DNA of 64,000 nucleotides, taken from positions 34,660,001-34,724,000 of the forward strand of contig CM052817.1 in NCBI GenBank assembly GCA_028534125.1, read 5' to 3'. Each line of letters opens with the position of its first letter. Within the stretch, counting starts at the first letter, position 1. Shown piece by piece: positions 14,901 to 26,900 of the stretch. This DNA comes from Lama glama (Eukaryota). The translations under genes were made by a program, and so were the position numbers. The notes beneath the pieces were generated by a model. The model had not been told where the DNA came from, ran no database searches, and saw nothing but the letters and a program-made list of their open reading frames with translations.

Positions 14901-17900
14901 ATATGGAATTCTTGGTTGACAATTTTGTTTGTTTGTTTGTTTTCTTTCTTGCAGCCTCCAACATTTTTGATGAGAAACTGGCTGAAAGTCTTATTTTAAG
15001 GGATGCATCTTTGTGTGGGTCTCTGAGTTTATCCTACTGGGAGTCCATTAAGCACCCTGGATTTGCAGATTTATCTTTTGTTAAATTTGGGAAGTTTTCA
15101 GTCACTGTTTCCACAAATAATCTTTCTGCCTTTCTCATTTTCTTTCTGTTGGGACTCCCATATGCTAGCTAGTTCACCAAAAATGTACCACAAGGCCAAT
15201 TAGGCTTTGCTCAGTATTCTTCATTATTTTTTCTTTCTGTTTCTTAGACTCAATACTTTCAATTGTCCTGTCTTCAAATCATCTCTTTCTTCTGCTGGTT
15301 CAAATCTGCTTTAGAAGCCCTTTAGTGTATATTTTAAGACAACTATTGTACTTTTTAGTTTCAGAATGCCTTTTTGGTTCCTTTTAATAATTTCTATCTC
15401 TTTATTGCTATTCTCATTTTCTTCATATGATGTTTTCTTGTCTTTGTCCATGGCTTCCTTTAGCTCTTTGTACATCTTTAACTAAGTTGCCTTAAAGTTT
15501 TTGTCTGGTAGGTCTGACATACTGGCTTCCCCATGTATATTTTGTGTTGATTTATTTTGTTCCTTTAAAAGGGTCATACTTTCCTGTTTCTTTTAATGCC
15601 TTGTGATTTTTCAATGAAAAACGTTTGATTCTTATAATTGATAACTCTGGAAATCAGATTCTTCTCCTGCCCCATTTTTTTTTTAATAGGGTGTGCCTGC
15701 ATCAGGGATCAGCCTGAGATGAAAGCATAAGGTCTTCTTAGGTCTTTTCTGAGCCTCCACCTTTCCCAAGTCTTTCTAAATTCCTCCCATATATATGGTT
15801 GTTCAAAATGTATATCCAAAATCTAAAAAAAAACAAAAACAAACAAACAAACAAAAAAACCAACTGGAAGCAAAACACAGATAAAGCTCCTTAAAGTCCC
15901 CTGGAAGCCACTTGAGCCAGTGGGGGTTGACACAATGGCTGCTGCTCTCTGTGCCTGCACCTCTGCATTCAGAAGCAGAAATATGCAATCAGAACACAGA
16001 ATCTTGATATTTGAGGACAAAGTTCTCATTGCCTACCCTGGCTCCAGCAAGCTGTGCCAGAAACACAGGTTGCTGTTGAAACAGCTGCCTGCCTTGGGGA
16101 TGGGGGAAAAAGGATTGAGATCAACCAATACTAACTGCAATTTATCAGCCAAGCTTCACCCTGCAAGTATTCAAGTAGACTCCAGAGTTTCAAAGCCATT
16201 AGTTCAGACAGTTTCTGCAAGTACAGTGTTGCCTATGTGGAGAGATGGATTCCTGGAGCTTTCTACCTCTGCCATTTCTCCTGGTATCAACCTGGCCAGT
16301 TTTTGTTAGAAAATCTCTCAAATTTGGGTTTCTCTGATGTATCTTATGATTAAATTGAGGCTATGCATTTTTGAGAAGGATAACATAGAGCTTATGTGTT
16401 CTCATTACATCATATTAGGAGTCATTTGATGTCAGCATGTTTTATTGGGGATATTAATCTTGGTCACTTCCTAAAGACAGGGTCTGCCAAAATCTACACT
16501 GTAAACTTACTATTTCCTCCTTTATAATTACTAAATATTTGGGAGTGATACTTTGAGATTATGCAAATATCCTGTTTCTATTTAAACTTTCACCCACTCA
16601 TTTTAGCATCTATCAGCAGATCTTGTCCATAAGGTATTATTACTGTGGTGTTCTGATGGTCATTTTTCTATTTTTCTCATTCCATCTACACTTATTAATC
16701 AGAAATCTTCAGTGAAGAAGAAGTGAATTTGTTTATATATTCATTTACTTATCTATATCACTTTGGGCTCAAGGATAATTATTATTTTTATAATCCCATA
16801 TTACAATTATTTATTTTGTTGTTCAAACTGTTCTAACTCTGGCCATTGTAATATCTTTTTGTTTGGCTCCTGTGCCTTAAAAAAATTTTTTAGCACTTCC
16901 TTAATTTTCAGATACCACAAAATGCTCCAGGTTCATCTTTTTCAATTCTCACTGTGGAATAAAACAGTCCTCTAAGGAACACTGGCTCCTTTTGTTGGAG
17001 AACAGTAATATGAAACAATAACTAAGTGCTGGGTGTACTCCTTGCTACCAGAGGATAGCTGCTTCTAACCCAATATACTGATTTTTTTCACGTTAAATCT
17101 ACCTTGGATTCCTGGGACCAATCTCACTTGATCTGGATGTATTATTCTTTTTTTTAATTGCTAGACTTAATTTGTTAATATTTTGTTAAAAATTTTTATA
17201 CTTACATTCATAAGAGATATTTTTCTGTAGCATTCTGTTTTTAGTATCAGGATAAGTTGGGAAATCTATGCACTTGTTCTAATTTCTGAAAGAATTTGTT
17301 TATGATTGATAATTAATTATTCATTAAATGACAGAAACCCTTGACATACATCATGCTAAAAGGAAAATCATGGCCTTCTTTTTACTGGCCTTCTATTGAT
17401 ACTTTCTAATTTACTCATATGTAACTTGATAAAGTTCTGCTATATATTATTGAAGAGTTTTTTGTTTAAGCCAAGGCAAAAAGATCAGGAAAAAAATCCA
17501 TCTTACATAAAGTGAGTTAGTTTTAAAATATTACTTAAAAATTAGTTTTGTTCTTTTTAAAATATATTCTATAGACAAAATAGGGCTTTTTCTTATTTCA
17601 TTCTTACAATATTTCATTCAAAAACTCATGAATTATCCAAATAAATCACTGTACCTATATATTTCAATGGCTTTCAAATCTTCATCATCAAATTCATCTT
17701 CTGCTTCCTTTAACTGTGCAAGAGTCATCTTTTCATATGGCTTAACTAAAACAAAATAAATTGTAGATAATTCAGTTATCTAAAAACTAATTTTACTTTA
17801 TAGTCACATGTCTAGAAAAAACAATATATTACATAAATGGAGACCAAGAATATCTTTAATTTTGCAGTTTCTCCAACAAACAAAGCTATATTGTGGCTGA

Positions 17901-20900
17901 CTGCTTCAGGTTTGTTCAAAGTGTTATTTAGTCCCTCAGAGTTCACAGAACTATCAGACTACATTTAAAATAGATGTAAAAATCAATTAGGCTTCACAAA
18001 TTTAATTTTCCCAAGTACCTGGAAACCTTGACAAGTAATACATCCTATATAGAATGATCAAAATAGAGGTAATCACAAGGTAGAGAAACCCCACTAGGTT
18101 AGATACCAGGGCATGTCAGCTCTGATATTAACTAGCATGTAATTTTCAACACATGAATTAGGAATTTTAGGTGCCAGCATCCTAATTTCAAAAGTACGGG
18201 TGGGATTTATATTAAAGTATTTCTAATGTCTTCTCTCTAAGTTCATGAAATGCACTATCATTGTTATAATTGTATTATTCCTTTCATCCAGCCCACCAAA
18301 TACACAACTATACCCATTGCTTCCTTCTGCAAACGTAAAACCATTTCTTCAATTTCATCTTTTGGCTCTTCTTTTGGAGGAAGAATGCCAAAATCTCTTA
18401 AAATTTCATTCCACTCTGTATCTTCATTTGGATCCTATATTAAAAAAATAGAAAATCTATTAGCATAATTGTGCATTTTAATATGTGTAAAATTGATATA
18501 TTGCATTTCCTATGTAATTGTTCATGAACTCTACAGATACACTAGATCATTAGTTTCAAAGAATAGAACAAAATGGCCTACTTTTTCCCCATTTCCCAGT
18601 ACTAATATGACTATATACTTTGATAAACAGAATGTATCCTCTACTCTCAAAGTTATAAATATATCTAGTGTTAATGAAGAAACTTGTATAAGTCATGGAA
18701 AATTATTTGAAGACTGTAGTAGGTAAAACCAATCCACAGCATGCAAACACTGTTTTCTTTTTCTACATAGGCATTCAAGAACTCCAGATGAACTTGCTTC
18801 TTTTCAGTTGTATAGCTTCATGGGACTCTTACTCACAAGTTAAATCTTAGAAGAGGCTAGGAATCTTTTCATAGTTCAATTTCTGTCTAACCATAATTTC
18901 CTTCTATGAAATTTAACCTTGTTTTCTTAGTTACTTAAGCTTTGATGTTTTATTTGCTGCTCTTCCTGAAGTTGTTTGTCACATATTAACTATTGTTTTG
19001 AGAGAATACTTTGGCAAACAAAGGATAGGATGGCCTTGAATGATTGCCACCTTTGGGTATTCACAACCTGCATAATCCTCTCTCTGATTATGGGTGAGAA
19101 CCATGACATGCTTCTAATCAATAGAATAAGGCAAAGGTAAAGGAGTATCACTTCTGTGATTTTATTCCATAAGACTAATTCCCATCTTGCCAGTACTCTC
19201 TCTGACTTGCTGGTTTTGATGAAGTAAGCTGCAATATTGTGAGGCTGCCATGGAGACAACTACGTGACAAGGAAAATGTACTCAACAATCAGCTAGAAAC
19301 CGAGGTTCTCAGTCAAATAGCTCCAAAAAAATCCTGAATTCTGCCAACTACCATGTAAGTGAACTTAGAAGTGGACCCTTCCTCTGTTGTACCTTTAGAT
19401 GCACCCCACCTCTAGCTGACTCTTTGTGGAAGACTCTGAAGCAGAGGACCCAGATAAGCAATACTTGGACCCTTGACCCATAAAAACTGAGATAATAAAT
19501 GTGTTATTTTAACTCACCAAGTTTGTGGAAATTTGTTATGCAACAATGCATAAATAATACAAGTATCATCTTATTTCTCCTCTTCATTCTATTCTTTGGC
19601 CAAAGTTTTGGATTTTTATTCATACGGGGTCTTTTACTGGTCTCTCCATCCACAGGATCTTCTGATCCCCATTCTTTCTATATGTCATAACAATTAAAAA
19701 TCACCACCAGCAGGAGTTACGCATTTGGTAATGTCAGACTAGATATTTTGGATCAAGCCTTTTACTGAGGACAGCCAGTAAAACTGGACAATATAGATGA
19801 AAACCAGTTTGAAGCCACTGGAGAATCAATCAGGCAGTGAAAAGAATTATGGCAAGAACATCCCAGATGAAAAGGAGATCCAGAGAGAGCAGCTTTATGT
19901 TTGGGTCCATTGCCCTTGGGTCAACTGTCAATTCTGGAAGAGGTCAGGAGGTGGAGAAATTGAATAAAGGTCCACAAATTTGAGTACTGTGACCAAGGAC
20001 AAAAATCAAAAGAAAATGATAACTAGGAGATTATCATTTATTTGGAATTTAATTTAAAAAATTCTAAATGACCTAAATGTCAAAGAAGAAATCACAATAG
20101 GGATTTAAAAGCATTGGGAATTGAATGATAATAATAAAGCCACATACCAAAAATATGTGGGCTGCAACCAACATAGTTCATAAAAGGAGTTTTTTACCCT
20201 TAATTTAACATATTTGAAAATGAAAAAGGCTTACAAATTAAAATACAAGCATCCAACCTAAAAAGTTGGTAAAAGAAAACCAAAATAAACCAAAGGTAAA
20301 AGGAAGGAAATAATAAAATAGAAATTGATAAAAGAAAAATTTAATATATATAACAGAGTAGATTAACAAGGTCAAAAAATAATTTTTAGAGAAGACTAAT
20401 AAATTAATTAACACTTGCCAAGATTGATACAGAAAACTGAGAAGGTACAAATAACCAATATTAAAAACAAAAAGGGGAACACCTAACAGAAAAAGAAAAT
20501 CCTATTGTGTTTTGCTCATATTTTTTTCTACTTCAAAGTGGAAGCTTAGATCATTGACTATAAACTTTTCTTTTCTAATATAGCCACTTAAAGCTACAAA
20601 TTTCCCTTTAACAAATCCTATAGCCACATCCTACAAATTTTGGTATGTTATATTTTTATTATTATTCAGTTAAAAACATTTCTAATTCTACTTGTGACTT
20701 TTGCTGACATTTTTATTTGGATGAATGTTGCCTAATTTTCAAATATTTGGGACTTTTCTAGGTATCTTATTAATAATTTCTAACTTAATTCTGCTTGGCC
20801 AGAAAACATACTTCATTAAAGTTTCCAGTTTTTGAAATGTATTGCCTTGTTTATGATCCAAACTGGGCAATTTTACCCATCATTTACTTTATTTCTGCCC

Positions 20901-23900
20901 TCTATCTTTCCCCTCCTAGTTTGTTACATGTTAACCATGTATTCCTTTAATACATGGTTAATCCATTTAATAATGTCCCCTCAGTCCACTGGATCTCTAT
21001 TGACTTTTAATAGTTTTCTATCTGTTCTTAAAATTGGATACTTCTTATTGATGCATCTTCAAGTTCCCTGACTCTCCTGCCATCTCCAATCTGCTATTAA
21101 GCCCATTCAGTGAATTTTTAAATTTCAGTTGTTGATATTTCCAGTTCAAGAATTCCCATATGATTATTTAATGACTGCTTCTAATTCTGTTAACATTCTC
21201 CATCTGTGAATTCATTTCCTTTAAGTCCTTGAATATATTTATAATAGCTGCTTTAAATTCCTTATTGGCTAATGTCAACATCAGAATAATCTCAGGATCT
21301 GTTTCCATTGATTGCTTTCCTTTTGAGTATGAGTCATGTTTTGAATATGGCTTTTTTTTTCTTGTCTAACTTTTTATTGAATATTAGACATTGAGGATGA
21401 CACATCATAGAAATTCATGATTTTTTATGTTCCTCTGAAGTGTGTTGACTTTTATACTTGCAGGCAGTTAAACTTGGCTAGACTCAACACCAACTATTAC
21501 AATTGAAATGGACAGCAGCCGAAACTTCAGATCAGTTCAGTTCTTTCACCTTCTAGTGGTTGCTTTTTGCCAGGCTTCCTGGGGTCTCCTACATGCATAT
21601 GGAGTTTAGCTGACAATTAAGGATTTGTATGGATTTTTACATAGGATTTAAGGATCATCCCTTCTGGATTACCTTCCTTTCTGAGACTTCCTCACAATTC
21701 TATCATTCTACCAGCCCCAAATTTTGCCCTCCAACATCCCCGGTAAGATGGTTTGCTGTCACCCACTGCCATGTAGTTGTAAAATGCCCTCAACTATATC
21801 TAATCTTTTTAACCTATTGTGATAGTTTAAAAATATCTTCACAAATTCTTTCATACTCTTTTTGAGAGGTGAAGCTTAATCTTCCTTCCACTGAGTATAG
21901 GCTGAACCCAGTGTCTCATTTCTAATAAACTGAAAACACTGTGTGATTTTCAAGACTCAGTCGTAAAAGGCACTGCTGCTGCTTTTTCCTCTCGAGTCTC
22001 TCTCATCACTTGCTCTGAGGGGACCAGTGGCCCTGTTTTGAGGACACTCAAGCAGCCTATGTTAATCTGCTTGGGATGCCGCAGTAGAATATCACAGACC
22101 AGGTGGCTTAAGTAGAAATGTACTTTCTCACAGTCCTGGAGGCTGGAAGTCTGAGATCAAGGGGCCAGCAAGGCTGGTTCTGGTGAGAGTTCTTCTCCTG
22201 GCTTGTAGGAGGCCATCTTCTTGTTGTGTGCTCACACGGCCTTTCCTCTGTGTGTGTGCAGAGAGGGCACATGCTCTAGTGTCTCTTCTTCTTTAGGACA
22301 CCAGTCCAATCAGAACAGAACCCCACTCTCATTGCCTTATTTAACTGTAATTACCTCCTTAAATATCCTGTCTCCAAATACAGTCATATGTGGGGTTATG
22401 GCTTCCTCATACAAATTTAGGGGGAGACATAGTTCACTCCAAAATACAGCCCTATTGAAAGTCCAGGTGGTGGGAAACTGAAGCCTTCTGCCAACAGTCA
22501 TGTCAGTCAGTCAAACTGGAAGTAGATCCTGCAGCCCCGGCTGACATGTTGATTGCAATCTCATTAGAGACCCTGAGCCAGAACCACCTGCTTCTCACAA
22601 ATGCCTGACTCCCCAGAAACTATGAGATAATAAATACTTGTTGTATTAAGCTACTAAATTTCGGGATATTAGATATAGTACCTGCCCATTCAGATTTTTT
22701 GGGGTTTTTGTTGTTGTTTGTTCTTTCTTCTTTTCTCTTTCTTTCTTTTTTCCTTCGTCTTTTTTCTTCTAGAAATCTTTTTATCTATAATAATAATTAA
22801 TATTGTTTTCTTTTTTTAATTGAAGTATAGTCAGATTACAATGTTGTGTCAATTTCTGGTGTATAGCATAATGTTTCAGTCATACATAATATATTCATTT
22901 TCATATTCTTTTTCATTATAGGTTACTACAAGATATTGAATATGGTTCCCTGTGCTGTACAGTATAAACTTGTTGTTTATCAATGTGGTAGTCAGTATCT
23001 GCAAATCTCAAACTCTCAAGTTATCTCTTCCCATCTCCATTCCCCCTGGTGACCATAAGTTTGTTTTCTATGTCTATGAATCTGTTTCTGTGTTCATTTG
23101 TGTCTTTTTTTTTAGATTCCACATATAAGTGATATCATATGGTATTTTTCTTTCTCTTTCTGGCCTGCTTCACTTCGAATGATGATTTCCAGGTCCATCC
23201 ATGCTGAAGCAAATATCATTATTTTATTCTTTTTTATGGCTGAGTAGTATTCCATTGTTACTTACCACTTTCTTTTTTTTCAATTGAACCTCAGAACTTC
23301 CAGCTGGAAAATTCTTTCAGCCTGAAGTACAATCTTGAGAATTCCCCCTAGCCTGCTAGGACATTATTCTCTCAATTACATTAAGCATATTTTTATTTTG
23401 CTCTTTTTGTAAAAATAATTTTTCTGAGTATAGTTTTTTTTTCTTTTAAAACATTGATTATATTGTTTCATTACCTTTTGGATACATTGTTGCTGTTGAG
23501 AACTCAGTTGTCAACCTCAGACTTTCGAAGATAATCTGTCTTTCCTTTGCCTGCATTTGAGATTTTCCTTATAGTTTTCTGCAGTTTTGTCATAATGTGT
23601 TTAGTTGTGTATTTCTTTTTATTTGTCCTGTGTGAATTCCCTGGGCTTTTAGAATCTATAGAATAGTATCTTTTAATAGTTCTGGAAAATTCACAGCAAC
23701 TCTCTTTTCAAATAATCCTTTACCCCTTTCTCTCTCAATTATACATTTGAGATGACAACTTAAAATGCTATATATCTCATTTGTTATTTTTTCATATTTT
23801 CCATATTTATAGTCCAACCTATTTGATAAACTTACCTGCTGATATTTTTATTTCTTTTATTTTAGCTTTTCATTTTAAGAATTTTTATTTAGCTCTTTAT

Positions 23901-26900
23901 CAACATTTTATATTGTGGTAAAATACAAATAATATAAAATTTACCACTTGAACCATTTTTTAGTGTACAATTTAGGGGCATTAAGTACATTCACACTGTG
24001 CAACCATGACCAGAACTTTTCATCTCAAACTGGAATTCTGTACCTATTAAACAGCAGCTTCCCATCTTGAGCTGTCCCCTAGCCTTGGTAACCACTATTT
24101 TACTTTGTCTCTATGAATTGGATTGTTCTAGCTACCTCATATGAATGGAATCATACAATATTTGTCCATTTGTGACTAACTTATTTCACTTGGCATAAAT
24201 GTTTTCAAAGATCATCCATGTTGAAACATGTTTCAGAATTTCCTTCTATTTTAAGCCTGACTAATATTTCACTCTAAGTATATACTACAATTAGTTTACC
24301 CATTCATCCACTGATGGACGTATGAGTTGTTTCCACTTTCTGTCTAATGTGAATAATGCTGCTATGAACATAGCCACAAAAATACCCATTTGAGTTTCTG
24401 CTTTCAGTTCTACTCCTGATCTTAGCCAAAAGGCCAAGAAGCAATCTGATTTCAGTTCTTTTGAGTATATACCTAGAAGTGAAATTGCTGGATCATATGA
24501 TAATTCCATGTATAATTTTTTGAGGAATTGCCCTAATATTTTCCACAGCAATTTGCACCATTTATCATTCACATCAGCAATGTACAAGGTTCCGATTTCT
24601 CCACAACCTCACCAGCATTTGTCATTTTCTGTTTTTGATAATAGTTATCCTAATGGGCTTACTATTTCATTGTAGTTTTGATTTACATTTCTCATTTATA
24701 TAATGATTAATGATACTGAGCACATTTTTATGTGTTTAATGGCCATCTGTATATCTTCTCTGAAGAGATGTCTATTCAAGTTCTTTGCCCATTAAATTTT
24801 TTTATTAAAAAATATTTTTCATTAAATCAATTTTTTAGAGTGGTTTTAAGTTCACAGCAAAATTGAGGGGTGTGGTAACAAAGATCTCCCATGTGTCCTT
24901 TGTCTCCACACATGCTAACCTCCTCCATTATCGACACTTCTCACCAGAGTGATATTTTTGTTTAAAGCAAAATTCCTCATTTAAAGCCAAAACAAAACAG
25001 CAACAAAATTTTTTTTTAATTTTAAGACTTTACTTTTTTAAGCAGTTTTAGGTTCACAATTTGAGTGAATAGCAAGATTTCCAATATATCTCCTGCCCCG
25101 ACACATGCACTGCCTCCCCCATTATCAACATCCCCCACCAGAATATTTGTTACAATTGATGAACCTCTGTTGACACATCATAATCACTCAAAATCTAGAG
25201 TGTACATTATGGTTCACTTTTGCTGTATATTCTGTGGGGTTAGACAAATGTATAATGACATATATTCACCATTATGATATCATATAGAGTATTTTCACTG
25301 CCCTAAAATTCCTCTGTGGTCTGCATATTCATTTCTCTTCCCTACCAACCTGTGGTAACCCCTGATCTTTCTACTGTCGCCAGTTTTGCCTTTTCCAGAT
25401 TGTCATATAGTTGGGGTCACATAGTATGTAGCCTTCTCAGATTGGCTTATTTCACTTAGCAATATGCATTTAATGTTTCTCTATGTCTTTCCATGGCTTG
25501 ATAGTTCATTTCTTTTTAGCATTGAATACTATTCCATTATCTGGATGTACCACAGTTTATTTATCCACTCACCTAGTGAAGGACACCTTGGTTGCTTCCA
25601 AGTTTGGCAATTCTGAATAAAGCTGCTGTAAACATCTGTTTTTGGGTGAATGTAAGTTTTCAACTCCCTTGGATAAATACCAAGGAGCCTGATAGCTGGA
25701 TCATATGGTAAGAGTATGTTTAGTTTTGCAAAAAACAAAACAAAACAAAAAAAAAAAACAAAAAAACCCCGCCAAACTGTCTTTCAAAGTGGCTGTACCA
25801 TTTTGTATTCTCACTAGCAATGAATGAGAGTTCCTATTTCTCCAGTCCACTCCAGCATTTTGTGTTATCAATGTTCCAGATTTTGGCCATTCTGATAGGT
25901 TTGTAGTGATTTCTTGTTTTAATTTGCATTTTCCAAATGACATATCTGAAGTATCTTTTCATATGCTTACTTTTAATTAGTTGGTTTGTCTTTTGATGCT
26001 GAATTTTAGGAGTTGTTTATATATTATAAATATTAATCCTTTATAATTATATGATTTTCATATATTTTTTCCCGTTCTGTGGGTTGTCTTTTCACTCTTT
26101 TGATAGTGGCCTTTGATGCATAAATATTTTAAATTTTGATGAAGTCCAATTTATCTATTTTTTAAATTACCTTTGTTTTTGGTGTCATATCCAAGAAATA
26201 ATTGTCAATTCAATGTCACAGCAATTTCTCCCTATGTTTTCTTTTAAGTGTTTTATAGTTTTAATTCTTAAATCTAGGCCTTGGATGGCTTTTCAGTTAA
26301 TTTTTGCTTGTAATGTAAGTTAGGAGTCCAACTTCATTCTTTTGCATATGGATATCCAGCTTTCTCAACACATTTTGTCAAGACTATTCTTTCACTTGAA
26401 CAGTCTTGGCACGCTTGTTGAAAATCACTTGACTGTATATGTGAGGGCTACCATCTGGGCTCTCTGTTCTATCCCATTGACTTGTATGTTTGTTTAATCT
26501 GCCACAACCAGACTGTTTTGACTACTGCAGCTTTGTAGTGTATTTTGAAATTAGAACATGTGGGTCCTCCACTTTGTTCATCTTTTTCAACACTGTTTTG
26601 ACTATTTGGGGTCTCTTAAGATTTCATGTGAATTTTAGGATGGGTTTTTCTATTTCTACAAAAAAAAAAGTCATTGGGATTTTGATAGGGATTACACTGA
26701 ATCTATAGATTGCTTTAGGAAGTATTGACATTTTAACAATATTAAGTCTTCCAATCCATGGGCATGGGCTGCTTTTCTACTTATTTATGCCTAAATTTCT
26801 TTCAGCACTGTTTTGTAGTTTTTGGTGTACAAGTCTTTTGTCTCCTTGGTTACACTTATTCCTAAATATTTTATTCTTTTTGATGCAATTATACATGGAA

